Shown here piece by piece: positions 30,230 through 39,947 of a stretch of DNA of 64,000 bases. This DNA is from Candidatus Magasanikbacteria bacterium CG10_big_fil_rev_8_21_14_0_10_47_10 (GTDB taxonomy: Bacteria; Patescibacteriota; Patescibacteriia; Magasanikbacterales; UBA922). The stretch spans positions 7,591 to 71,590 of the forward strand of contig PFCB01000022.1 in the NCBI GenBank assembly GCA_002773135.1, read 5' to 3'. Every line of letters starts with the position of its first letter. Position 1 is the stretch's first letter. The position numbers and the translations under genes were made by a program. Under the pieces are notes generated by a model. It was not told the origin of the DNA and did no database searches. It saw nothing but the letters and a program-made list of their open reading frames with translations.

Positions 30230-31735
30230 ATGCGCAGAAATCAATCCATTGGCACCTGCATCTTTGTATTGGGGATATTGTTCTTCTCCGGGGCTGTTCA
30301 GGCAGAGGAGCAGCGCGTGTTTATCAACTCCAATGATCCATTTACTGACACTCGCGCTGTCCGTTTATCAGTAACTCCACCTGCAGGAGTTGTTGAAATG
30401 AGAGTATCGAACACGGAAAATTTTTCCGATGGGTCATCGTGGCAGCCGATTCAACTGAAAAAAGTGTGGAATCTCAGCTATGGGACCGGTCAAAAAATCG
30501 TATACATTAACTTTAGAGCGGCCAGCAAGGCTGAGACAGGGTGGTATTCCGACTCAATTATTTTGGTCGGTCCGGATGCTCCCGGTGTCGTGGCTCATAT
30601 AAACAATTGGGAAAAGCAGACCAGCAGTAGGCGGGTAACGCTGGTATCGGAATACACGGATGGAATAGAATCAGTTGCAATTAGCAATACATCTGATTTT
30701 ACCGGTGTTCGATATCAGCCGATCAGTAAATCTATCCCCTGGATATTGACTGTCGGGTCGGCGGAGAAGAGAGTGTATGTGCGGTATAGAGATGTGAATG
30801 GCAAAACAACAGACGTGCAGGTTTCCATAACATATATTGAACCGCCCAACCATATCGCAGAGGGGACTCTTTTAAAGGGGCAAACAGACACCGTCTATTA
30901 CCTTGGGTATGACGGAAGTATCCATCCTTTTTTGCATAGCAGTATTTTTTTAAGCTTTAGTCAGGATTTTTCGGCCATTCGGCACGTGAGCAATGCATCT
31001 CTGCGTCAATATTCGATAGCTGAGCCCGTATGTATGCGGCAGGGGACATGGCTTGTGAAGTTCAGAGGGTTGCCTCGCGTGTATGCGCCGGAGCCGGGCT
31101 GTGAACTTCGGCCCATTCGATCCGAAGCAGAGGCATTTTTATTATATGGTTCCGCATGGCGATCACGCCTTATTGAGCTCGACCCGGTGCTATCCGGAAC
31201 CTATAGTATTCACGAGCTTACCGATTTTTCGCGCACGGAAGACCGCGACAGAGACGGACTTGATCGCGCGACAGAGGCGCGTTATGGAACGTCTGATACG
31301 AACGAAGATAGTGACAATGATCGTGTGAGCGACTATGAGGAAATATTTTATTGGCTTCTGGATCCAACAGAGCCTGACACTGATGGCGATGGGATATTGG
31401 ATGGCGTTGAGCTGTCGCAGGGACGCTCCCCCTTTGGAACGGGGAATATCACGGCAGTGCCAAAGGGAACCTATGTATACCCATTTGGATCGGTCGTAAA
31501 CCGTTGGTGGGAGGATAGGTATCTTTATTATTATCATCAGGACGGATATGTGTATTATCTTTCAAAAAAGGCGCAAGATACGCCCTTCGCCTCAAATAAA
31601 TTGCAGTCACGATTTGTTATCACACCGCCCGTTGAGATTCCGATGGAGCTGCGCGACGGTTGGTATATCCAGTCGGACCATCTAGATATCAAAGCGCCAT
31701 TAATTCATAGAAATGGTCAAATTGCTCCACTTTAA
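30230..31735 (+). CDS. secreted protein with internal repeats and Ca-binding TSP3-like aspartate repeats
   Basis: Signal peptide; two repeats of about 85 aa; a DRDRDGLD...DSDNDRVSD...DTDGDGILDG tract. Confidence 0.5.
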   Translation: MRRNQSIGTCIFVLGILFFSGAVQAEEQRVFINSNDPFTDTRAVRLSVTPPAGVVEMRVSNTENFSDGSSWQPIQLKKVWNLSYGTGQKIVYINFRAASKAETGWYSDSIILVGPDAPGVVAHINNWEKQTSSRRVTLVSEYTDGIESVAISNTSDFTGVRYQPISKSIPWILTVGSAEKRVYVRYRDVNGKTTDVQVSITYIEPPNHIAEGTLLKGQTDTVYYLGYDGSIHPFLHSSIFLSFSQDFSAIRHVSNASLRQYSIAEPVCMRQGTWLVKFRGLPRVYAPEPGCELRPIRSEAEAFLLYGSAWRSRLIELDPVLSGTYSIHELTDFSRTEDRDRDGLDRATEARYGTSDTNEDSDNDRVSDYEEIFYWLLDPTEPDTDGDGILDGVELSQGRSPFGTGNITAVPKGTYVYPFGSVVNRWWEDRYLYYYHQDGYVYYLSKKAQDTPFASNKLQSRFVITPPVEIPMELRDGWYIQSDHLDIKAPLIHRNGQIAPL

Positions 31736-31739
31736 TACT

Positions 31740-33776
31740 ATGAGGCAGTCGTATTCAATTGGTCTTGTTACTGCGTTCGTCATGAGTGTTTTTAGTATGT
31801 TCCCCCATGTGGCATATGCTGTCACTCCAAACGATCCATTTGTCGAGCAGTGGTCTTTTCGCGATGTGGGCGCGTATGCGGCATGGGATATAGCGCAAGG
31901 GAATCGTGATGTTGTTGTCGCGCTGATTGACAATGGTTTTGATACATTTCACCCGGATTTGCAGGAGAATGTCTGGGTCAACGAGGATGAAATAGCTGAT
32001 AACGGCATTGATGACGACGGGAATGGATATATTGACGATCGGTATGGGTGGAATTTTGTACCGACAGATATTGATAAAAATGGCGCGCTTGAGCTGAGCG
32101 AGGTCAAGGGATCAAACGACCCGCGTCCTCCCGTCGCAGACCTTGATCAAATGGAGAAGGCGCGCGGAAAGGTGCACCATGGAACATTGGTCGCCGGTAT
32201 CATCGGGGCTGTGGCTAATAATAATCAGGGCATCGCCGGTATCAATTGGCATGTCCGCCTCATGAATATTCGATTGCTATCATCCGATGGAGCCGGATCA
32301 ATCGACGCGCTCGCGGACGCCATTATGTACGCTGTTGATAACGGTGCTGATGTTATCAACTTTAGCATTGTGGGAGAATATATTACCCCGGAAGCGTCCG
32401 CAGCCATTGATTATGCGTATAGTCACAATGTCGTGATGGTTGCCGCGGCGGGCAACAATGGTTTATCCCTGGAGAGTGCACCTCTCTATCCCGTTTGCTC
32501 CGATGCGACAGGTCCAAGAAAAATACTGGGGGTCAGCGCTATTACTGAAGATCACTATCTCGCGTCCTTCTCCAACGTTGGGTCAAATTGTATTGATATC
32601 ACAGCGCCGGGCGCGTATATCACATCCACTGTCCGATACGCGCCTCAATATGGCATGACCGATAAGGTATCGGGAGGGTGGCATGGAACATCTTTTGCCG
32701 CCCCATTTGTAAGTGCGACCGCGGCGCTGGTAAAATCAATGCAGCCTCACTGGTCGGCAACCAAAATAATGACGGCTATTTTGGAATCCACGCATGTGAC
32801 ACCCACCGTGATAACCCCCGAATATGCGCAGATGTACGGCCACGGTCTGCTTCAAATTGATAAAACAGTGGCATATGTGCTCGATCACATGGAAAAAACT
32901 GTTCTCCCAATTCGATCTGTCAGTGTTATTGATACGGCAAGCGGTGCGCGAGTATCCAAGTCACTGGTGTCCGAACCACGTCAGCAAATTCAAGCCGAGC
33001 TTCAAGGCATTGACGATATTGCGGCCTATCCGCTTGGAGACATACGATATGCCACGGTTACCTATAGCCATACTACGCGGAGCGCGACCGTCTCTTTGTT
33101 GAGTGGCGCGTATACTGTTCTCTCATCGTTTACCCTGGCCTCCCAGGGGACGCTGCGAATAGAGCTGGCTGATTTGGTTGGAGATGCCGCGCCTGAGATT
33201 ATCTTGGCCCCGGCATATGCATCCGACGAGTTGTTTCGCGTCTATGCTGTCAGTGGCGGCCTTATTGACGCGACAAAGGCAAAGGCAGTGCATACGGGTA
33301 TTTTTCTCGCACGAAAAAATACACTGGCAAAAGATCGTGTTGCTGTGGGGTATATGACAGCCGAATCACGCGTTGTCACTATTGAAATCTACGATGGGGG
33401 CGGCCGAACTCCGGCGGAAGGCGTCACTGTTGACGCGGGACTGCAGTCTCTGGGAGATTTTGCGGCAGTGGATATAAATGGAAGTGGAGGCGATGAATAC
33501 ATCCTCGCCGCCGGGCCGGATGAGCAAGCGGCTCTGGTATACGTTGCGGGTGACGGGAGCATCCTAAGAAAGTTTATTGCCTATGATACGGCAAGAAATG
33601 CGGGAATACATTTGGCGGCCGGGGACTATAGCGGCAACGGCGTCGGTAATGTTGTTACCGTCATGCGGTCCGGTACCTTTAATAAAGTAAGAGTATGGGA
33701 TGCGCGCTCAAAAAAAATTGACCAATGGGACATTTCCGCAATAGGCGGCCCATTGCTCATTTCTCCAAATTATTGA
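31740..33776 (+). CDS. S8 family serine peptidase (subtilase) with C-terminal FG-GAP/VCBS-like repeats
   Basis: Signal peptide, then the Asp, His and Ser catalytic motifs (VALIDNGFD, HGTLVAGIIGA, GTSFAAPFVSA). Confidence 0.85.
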   Translation: MRQSYSIGLVTAFVMSVFSMFPHVAYAVTPNDPFVEQWSFRDVGAYAAWDIAQGNRDVVVALIDNGFDTFHPDLQENVWVNEDEIADNGIDDDGNGYIDDRYGWNFVPTDIDKNGALELSEVKGSNDPRPPVADLDQMEKARGKVHHGTLVAGIIGAVANNNQGIAGINWHVRLMNIRLLSSDGAGSIDALADAIMYAVDNGADVINFSIVGEYITPEASAAIDYAYSHNVVMVAAAGNNGLSLESAPLYPVCSDATGPRKILGVSAITEDHYLASFSNVGSNCIDITAPGAYITSTVRYAPQYGMTDKVSGGWHGTSFAAPFVSATAALVKSMQPHWSATKIMTAILESTHVTPTVITPEYAQMYGHGLLQIDKTVAYVLDHMEKTVLPIRSVSVIDTASGARVSKSLVSEPRQQIQAELQGIDDIAAYPLGDIRYATVTYSHTTRSATVSLLSGAYTVLSSFTLASQGTLRIELADLVGDAAPEIILAPAYASDELFRVYAVSGGLIDATKAKAVHTGIFLARKNTLAKDRVAVGYMTAESRVVTIEIYDGGGRTPAEGVTVDAGLQSLGDFAAVDINGSGGDEYILAAGPDEQAALVYVAGDGSILRKFIAYDTARNAGIHLAAGDYSGNGVGNVVTVMRSGTFNKVRVWDARSKKIDQWDISAIGGPLLISPNY

Positions 33777-33787
33777 CCCTATATATT

Positions 33788-34843
33788 ATGGATAATCCAG
33801 GTTCTATTCCAATTTTTGAAAAAAAGAATGTTGTTATCACAGGTGGCGCGGGATTTATCGGCTCCCACCTGTGTGAGCGGCTGCTTAAAGAGGCAAAAGT
33901 CATTTGCATTGATGACCTTTCAAATTCATCAATAGGAAATATTGAGCATTTGCTGCAGTATCCGGACTTTGAATTTATTAAATATGACGTGAATAATCCA
34001 ATCGATTTGGACGCGTTTGATGAGCTGGATAAATTTAGGGTGAAATATCAAGGGGTTCAGGAAATATATCATCTTGCATGCCCGACAAGCCCAAAAAACT
34101 TTGAGCAGCTTAAAATTCATTCGCTATGGGCAAATTCCATGGCTATGATTTCCACCTTGGATTTGGCGGTGAAATACAAGGCGAAGTATGTATTTGGTTC
34201 GAGCTCCGTGGTGTATGGCTCCCCAACAGAATCAAACACGACATTTTCCGAACCGGAGGAGGGGATTGTCAATCATCTGTCGCCCCGCGCGTGTTATGAT
34301 GAGGGGAAGCGGTTTGCCGAGACCTGCGTTGAGACCTACCGCCAGGTGTATGGCATTGACGGTAAATCGGCGCGTATCTTTACGACGTTCGGTCCGAGAA
34401 TGCGCTTGCGCGATGGCTTGCTCATCCCTGATTTCATCATTAATGCGCTTGACAGCAGGGATTTGACTATTTACGGTGACGGGCTCATGTCGCAAACATT
34501 TGTCTATGTCAGTGATGTTGTGGATGGACTGGTACGGCTTATGCAGTCCGGCCCGGATATATCAATTGTTAATCTGGGGTCAGACCATCTTATAAATGTT
34601 TCTGAGGTCGCGCAAAAAATTATTCAAATGACCCAGTCGCAGTCAAAAGTCGTTTTTGAGAAAGAATTGATTTTTTTAACAAAAAAAGGTATCCCGGATC
34701 TGCAAGTTGCAAAAGAGAAACTTGATTGGATTCCGCTTGTCCTTCTTGAAGATGGCCTGCGAAAAACGATTGACTATGCCATAGCCAATAAATCCGCGGT
34801 TACCCTGGGGGATGCCCCCGGCGGTCAAGGCTCATTGTCATAG
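33788..34843 (+). CDS. NAD-dependent epimerase/dehydratase (UDP-glucuronate decarboxylase-like)
   Basis: Rossmann motif GGAGFIGSHL and a UXS-like length and motif arrangement. Start at ATG 33788. Confidence 0.8.
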   Translation: MDNPGSIPIFEKKNVVITGGAGFIGSHLCERLLKEAKVICIDDLSNSSIGNIEHLLQYPDFEFIKYDVNNPIDLDAFDELDKFRVKYQGVQEIYHLACPTSPKNFEQLKIHSLWANSMAMISTLDLAVKYKAKYVFGSSSVVYGSPTESNTTFSEPEEGIVNHLSPRACYDEGKRFAETCVETYRQVYGIDGKSARIFTTFGPRMRLRDGLLIPDFIINALDSRDLTIYGDGLMSQTFVYVSDVVDGLVRLMQSGPDISIVNLGSDHLINVSEVAQKIIQMTQSQSKVVFEKELIFLTKKGIPDLQVAKEKLDWIPLVLLEDGLRKTIDYAIANKSAVTLGDAPGGQGSLS

Positions 34844-34854
34844 GAGCCTTGTTC

Positions 34855-35532
34855 GTGATACGCTCTGGCTGTATGTTTCTTGCTATTGTACCAGCGTACA
34901 ATGAGGCGCCGCGTATAGGTTCCGTTATCCGGAGCCTTTTTGCGCATGTGGACCGAGTTCTCGTCGTGGATGATGGATCCACCGATGAGACGGCACGAGT
35001 CGCCGGGGAGCTGGGTGCCCATGTTATTATTCACCGCGTAAATCGTGGTCAAGGGGCGGCGCTGGAAACGGGGCACGCCTATGCTCGTCTCATTGGAGCT
35101 GAGTATGTTCTGCATTTTGATGCGGATGGCCAATTTGATGCAGCGGATGTTTCAGGCGCGCTTCAACAGTTGCGCGAGCAGAACGCGGATATCCTGCTCG
35201 GATCTCGTTTTATGGATGTACGCTCAAGGGTTCCCTGGACAAAGCGACACCTGATACTGCCCATCGGCAGACTGATTCACCGTTTCGTGTTTGGAGTACA
35301 CCTGTCGGACGCGCACAATGGCTTTCGAATACTCAACAAGCAGGCAATCGAGTTGCTTCACATTACACAAGACAGGATGGCGCACGCGACAGAGATTCCC
35401 GCTCGCGCGCAGCGGCTGCGACTACGAATTATTGAACACCCTGTCCGCGTCACATACCATACATATGGACAGGGTATTAAAGGCGGCATGAACGTAGTGA
35501 AGGATTTATTATTTAGTCGGTTTGTTAAATAG
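34855..35532 (+). CDS. family 2 glycosyltransferase (polyprenyl-phosphate sugar synthase-like)
   Basis: IVPAYNEAPRIG...VDDGSTDETA signature. Start ambiguous: GTG 34855 has an SD; ATG 34873 is the alternative. Confidence 0.8.
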   Translation: MIRSGCMFLAIVPAYNEAPRIGSVIRSLFAHVDRVLVVDDGSTDETARVAGELGAHVIIHRVNRGQGAALETGHAYARLIGAEYVLHFDADGQFDAADVSGALQQLREQNADILLGSRFMDVRSRVPWTKRHLILPIGRLIHRFVFGVHLSDAHNGFRILNKQAIELLHITQDRMAHATEIPARAQRLRLRIIEHPVRVTYHTYGQGIKGGMNVVKDLLFSRFVK

Positions 35533-35533
35533 T

Positions 35534-35866
35534 ATGCTCCTCATATTTCAAATTATATTCATCGGATTTTCGCTTTTGGCTATCAGATCCGTTTACAAAC
35601 GGCGGAAGGAAGGATTTCTTGGATTGAGCGGTTTCCTTTTTTGGTCACTATTTTGGATTTTTGTCGCCGTTGTGGTGGCAGTACCGGAATCTGCAAATTC
35701 CGCGGCCCGTCTTTTTGGAATAGGTCGTGGGGCTGATTTTGCGATTTATTCATCGATTGGACTGATTTTTTTTATACTCTTTCGCCTCCACATCAAAATT
35801 GAATCGATTGGGCGCGATATCACCAAGTTAACCCGCCATCAGGCGCTGGAGGAAAAAAATGAATAA
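35534..35866 (+). CDS. DUF2304-like small membrane protein (GT2 partner)
   Basis: About 110 aa with four hydrophobic segments. It lies immediately after the GT2, as is typical for DUF2304. Confidence 0.5.
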   Translation: MLLIFQIIFIGFSLLAIRSVYKRRKEGFLGLSGFLFWSLFWIFVAVVVAVPESANSAARLFGIGRGADFAIYSSIGLIFFILFRLHIKIESIGRDITKLTRHQALEEKNE

Positions 35867-37073
35867 TATGAAAATCGCGCATATTGTCAGTACATATCCA
35901 CCCTATTATGGCGGCATGGGGAATGTGGTCTTCCAAACCGTGGAACAATTGGCAGGACGTGGCCATGATGTCTATGTATTTACCCCCGGTGTTCACGAAC
36001 CAAACGAGGTTCGCGCGGTTGACGCACCCCAAACACCCACCCACGCGCAGCCACTGCGCGAAGAGATATTTACGGTTCGACGTCTTAGCCCTTCGCTGCG
36101 ATACGGAAACGCTGCCCGCTTGCCGCAGTTGACTCGAGAACTCGATGACATGGATGTTGTGCATTTACATTACCCTTTTTTTGGCAGCGCTCGTCTTGTT
36201 CGTACATGGAAGCAAACACATCCAAAGGGAGCGCTTGTTATCACATACCATATGGACACGCGCGCTTCAGGGTGGAAGGGACTCATTTTTCAGCTATATA
36301 CCAAATTTTGGATGCCGCGTGTCCTGGGAGCTGCTGATGCGTTAATCGGCAGCTCCTTTGACTATGTACGACATTGTGACGCGTCCATGCTGTATCGCGA
36401 CGCACCGAGCGTCTGGCATGAGCTTCCTTTTGGTGTGGATATTAATCGCTTTTTTCCTCGCCGGCGTTCCGAATCACTCATGCACAGGCATGGGCTAAAC
36501 CCAAATCTTCCTACGGTATTATTTGTTGGAGGCATGGATAGCGCGCATTATTTTAAGGGGATGCCGGATCTGATCAAAGCGCTCTTCCTTTTGAGGAAAT
36601 CCGAGGTACCGGTGCAAGCTATTTTTGTGGGGGATGGAAATTTGCGACCGGAATTTGAGCGCCAAGCTCATGCGCTTCAACTGAAAGCCGCTTATTTTGT
36701 TGGGAGGGTGAGCGATGTGGAGCTGCCGGAATACTACGCGCTGGGCGATCTGTGCGTGCTGCCGTCCACAACGGTCGGCGAGGCCTTCGGCATGGTCTTG
36801 CTGGAGGCAATGGCCAGCGGTATCCCGGTACTTGCCAGTGATTTACCCGGCGTTCGAGTTGTTGCCGGTAAAGGCGGTGATGTTGTTCCCGTCCACAATC
36901 CTGCCGCATTGGCCGAAGCTATAACATCCTACTTTTCACAGAATGATTTAATTATTGCTCAAATGAAGAACACTGCTCGTGCCGTTGTCGAGCGAGATTA
37001 TTCGTGGCCTGACATTGCGGAACGGTTGGAGGGCATATATAAAAAAGCCATTGCCGCAGCGCGATTGGAGTGA
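35859..37073 (+). CDS. family 4 glycosyltransferase (GT-B)
   Basis: C-terminal EAMASGIPVLASDLPG motif of GT4. Confidence 0.8.
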   Translation: MNNMKIAHIVSTYPPYYGGMGNVVFQTVEQLAGRGHDVYVFTPGVHEPNEVRAVDAPQTPTHAQPLREEIFTVRRLSPSLRYGNAARLPQLTRELDDMDVVHLHYPFFGSARLVRTWKQTHPKGALVITYHMDTRASGWKGLIFQLYTKFWMPRVLGAADALIGSSFDYVRHCDASMLYRDAPSVWHELPFGVDINRFFPRRRSESLMHRHGLNPNLPTVLFVGGMDSAHYFKGMPDLIKALFLLRKSEVPVQAIFVGDGNLRPEFERQAHALQLKAAYFVGRVSDVELPEYYALGDLCVLPSTTVGEAFGMVLLEAMASGIPVLASDLPGVRVVAGKGGDVVPVHNPAALAEAITSYFSQNDLIIAQMKNTARAVVERDYSWPDIAERLEGIYKKAIAAARLE

Positions 37074-37115
37074 TATAATGGAAGTATCATTTACTGGCAC
37101 GTAATCACTCTATCT

Positions 37116-37439
37116 ATGGGAAAATTTAAAAAGGGGCTTTTTTTGGGTGGACTTATTGGCGCCGGTTTGACATGGATGTCGACCACGAAAAAGGGAAGGG
37201 AAGTCCGCGACGAAATATTGGATAAGGCTGCCGAGGTCTATGAAGATCTCAAAAAGAAAGTCATGGCATCGGAACAGTACAAAAAAATGACAAAGAGCCA
37301 GTTTGTCAGCATGGTAAGGGATACCGTGGACAAATACGCGGCAAAAAATGGCCTGGCTGACAATGTAAAAACAATGATGGTAAAGCTCGTGAGCGCTCAG
37401 TGGGACAGACTGCGCAAAGAGATCGCGGAAAAAAAGTAG
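37116..37439 (+). CDS. YtxH-like (DUF948) small protein
   Basis: 107 aa with an N-terminal GxxxG-rich TM (GLFLGGLIGAGLTW) followed by a charged coiled-coil. Confidence 0.5.
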   Translation: MGKFKKGLFLGGLIGAGLTWMSTTKKGREVRDEILDKAAEVYEDLKKKVMASEQYKKMTKSQFVSMVRDTVDKYAAKNGLADNVKTMMVKLVSAQWDRLRKEIAEKK

Positions 37440-37451
37440 GGGATTTAAAAA

Positions 37452-37482
37452 GAAACATGCCGTTGCAACGGCATGTTTTTCT
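37452..37482. terminator. intrinsic terminator (perfect palindrome catgccgttgcaacggcatg plus a T5 run)
   Basis: Seen in sequence after the YtxH-like gene. Confidence 0.6.
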
Positions 37483-37582
37483 TATTATAGCCAGGTGTCG
37501 CTTCTATAGATAAGAATTGCCACGTCTACTACACCATGAAATGGGAGCCCCTCAGAGTAATATATGTAAGTATCGATCCGTT

Positions 37583-38806
37583 TCATATCTTTAACAACGT
37601 TTTCTCAATGAAACTAAACAGTGTTTTAAACGTTTTTTCTGAATTAAATTGCCTATCAATCGTTTTCAGTCCATTTGCTATAAATAATTGCCGGACGTCT
37701 TTATCATTGAGCAGGCTCAGTAGCCTATTCGATAAATGACTTGCATCATTTGGGATGGTTAAGTACCCATTAACACCATCTTCTATGATTTCCGGCACTC
37801 CTCCAACCTTTGTACCCAACACCGGGAGTCCGCATGCCATTGCCTCAAGATATACTTGTCCGAACGTTTCGTTTTCTGAAGCAAGGACGAAAACATCTGA
37901 ACCGGCGTATACTCGAGGCATTTCTTCAAGTTTGAATGTGCGAACGATGACCTGATCTTCAACCCCATGAATTTGGATAAAGCCCTCAAGTTTTTTTAAC
38001 GCTTCTTGGAATTGGATATGCAGTCGAGCTGGGGGTTTCCCAATAGCAAGTAACAGACGAAGTGACTCATCTTGATGAGCTATTTTTGAAAAAGCATCAA
38101 GCAGGTTGATAAAACCCTTTTCTTGAATAATGTCTTTGTACCCGTGTAAAATTCTTGAAGCACACAAAATTACTTTCTTTTCTTGAGATAATTTAAGTTT
38201 CTTCTTTAACCACTTTTTATTAACAACTTGATTAAACTCTTTTATATTCACTCCAAGATATTTGGTCGTCAAACTTTTGATATTTGACCCCTTTTGAAAT
38301 ACATCACCTGCGACGCTTTTACTCACACAAATAATCTTTTGCCAAAACAGATTATTAATGAGTTCAGTTTGTAGTTCATTTGTAGAGAAAGAGTGTAGTT
38401 GCAAAAACAGTGGCACATCCTTTGCGTGACAGATCATGTTGACGAGCAAACTGTATGATGGAGGCAGTCCAACATGAAAATTTTGCGCAATCACCGCATC
38501 AATTTCTTTTTGTTCAATGAACGTGTTCAAAAATGAAAAGAACTCATGAGATTTACTTTTTACAGTCTTTTTTGATGCTAACCCGATGTCCAATCCTTTC
38601 CCCGGTCTTGGGGCCATGTCAAGCGATTCCCTATAATAAATCGTGACATTTTTTTGCTTGATGATGGCATCCTTTGTTTTGCTCGGGAGGATAAAATAAT
38701 AACGACCTTCTTGCCTCTCACAATACTCGATAAGATTTTTGATGTATCGTTCTACGCCGCCAATGCTCAATTGAGGTGAATTTGGACTGATAATGAGAAA
38801 ATTCAT
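37583..38806 (-). CDS. family 4 glycosyltransferase
   Basis: GT4 C-terminal motif (EAMACGLPVLGTKVGGVPE). ATG at 38806; the longer ORF from 38866 starts with GTG. Confidence 0.75.
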   Translation of the reverse strand: MNFLIISPNSPQLSIGGVERYIKNLIEYCERQEGRYYFILPSKTKDAIIKQKNVTIYYRESLDMAPRPGKGLDIGLASKKTVKSKSHEFFSFLNTFIEQKEIDAVIAQNFHVGLPPSYSLLVNMICHAKDVPLFLQLHSFSTNELQTELINNLFWQKIICVSKSVAGDVFQKGSNIKSLTTKYLGVNIKEFNQVVNKKWLKKKLKLSQEKKVILCASRILHGYKDIIQEKGFINLLDAFSKIAHQDESLRLLLAIGKPPARLHIQFQEALKKLEGFIQIHGVEDQVIVRTFKLEEMPRVYAGSDVFVLASENETFGQVYLEAMACGLPVLGTKVGGVPEIIEDGVNGYLTIPNDASHLSNRLLSLLNDKDVRQLFIANGLKTIDRQFNSEKTFKTLFSFIEKTLLKI

Positions 38807-38892
38807 GCAAACGTTTTTGTTTATTTTAATATGTTCTGTATCAATACCATCTGTATCAATAACCACTCACTGTTGCCGTTTTCAAATCGTTG

Positions 38893-38964
38893 CTCGGAGA
38901 CTAGGATTCGAACCTAGATACCCAGGACCAGAACCTGGAGTCCTACCATTAGACGATCTCCGAA
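38893..38964 (-). tRNA. tRNA-Gln (anticodon CUG)
   Basis: Hand-folded cloverleaf: acceptor TCGGAGA/TCTCCGA, D-stem GTCT/GGAC, anticodon stem CCAGG/CCTGG with loop TTCTGGT, T-arm CTAGG-TTCGAAT-CCTAG, discriminator G. No CCA is encoded. Confidence 0.8.
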
Positions 38965-38966
38965 TG

Positions 38967-39947
38967 TTATTGCGTTATTTGTGCCCCGTCCGACAGACTC
39001 CGGATAAAGGCACCGCTGAGCACACGGACCGCACTCCATGTCCACCCATGCGACAGAAAAACCGCTTCATTGATAATATGGCGCTTTACGCCACCAATTG
39101 AGAGTGAATACACCTTTGGATCAGACGGAGACTTTATAACGCTACCGACAGGGAGGCGCTGCTCGTTTATTGTCGGCAGATACCCATTGGCAACTTCATA
39201 CCCATCGGTAAATCCATCTCCATCACTATCCGCAAGCCACAGTATAGTACCAAAATCAATTTCCTGCTGCTTGGTGAGACCATCTTCATCCGCATCACTG
39301 CTCGCGGTATCAAGCAGTTCTCTACGAGTGAAAATAGCTCGTGGCGACCCGTTCGCTGTATCGCCCGGAACATAGTCGTGCATCGCGTTCATGATAGTAT
39401 CATATGAATAGTGATAGTCAAGACCATATCGGGTACCCGGCTCCTGAGCAATAAATGTTTGGGACGTATCGTCATAACCCGATATAACGACTGTGTGATA
39501 CACAGGACCGGACGCACGGAAGTGAGGATTATAAAGCGCTCGGCCATAGACAGGTACAATGACCGGATGCCCTGTATCTATTTCACGCTTGATTTGATCC
39601 AAAGAAGGACTGTCTACCACATATGCCTCCCATGGATAGTAGGCGTTAATAATATCACTTATTTTTTGCGCGTTTTCATCAAGACTGGAGCCAAATTTGG
39701 CATTTTTAATATTGAAAACATTCAGCAGCCTTTTTTCGCTTGAATCAACAGAGAGCATTTGGCCGGCGTAGTAGGCGTCAATCATAACAATTGTGGCCTC
39801 TTCACATGCATCCTGCCAAGGCTGTGTCCACGCACCCCGTGGCGCCTGTGAGGTAAAGGGGACTGGCAGTGTTGCCGCACTGACCGGTACCCAAAGAGCC
39901 AGCAGCACAACGGTCAATCCAATATACGACAGGCGGTTAACGGTCAT
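38967..39947 (-). CDS. secreted C39-like cysteine peptidase domain protein with TSP3-like Ca-binding repeats
   Basis: Signal peptide; a peptidase_C39-like region (HPVIVPVYG...YHTVVISGYDD); DADEDG...DSDGDGFTDGYE repeats. Strong SD (GGAGGA). ATGA overlap with dnaX. Confidence 0.5.
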   Translation of the reverse strand: MTVNRLSYIGLTVVLLALWVPVSAATLPVPFTSQAPRGAWTQPWQDACEEATIVMIDAYYAGQMLSVDSSEKRLLNVFNIKNAKFGSSLDENAQKISDIINAYYPWEAYVVDSPSLDQIKREIDTGHPVIVPVYGRALYNPHFRASGPVYHTVVISGYDDTSQTFIAQEPGTRYGLDYHYSYDTIMNAMHDYVPGDTANGSPRAIFTRRELLDTASSDADEDGLTKQQEIDFGTILWLADSDGDGFTDGYEVANGYLPTINEQRLPVGSVIKSPSDPKVYSLSIGGVKRHIINEAVFLSHGWTWSAVRVLSGAFIRSLSDGAQITQ

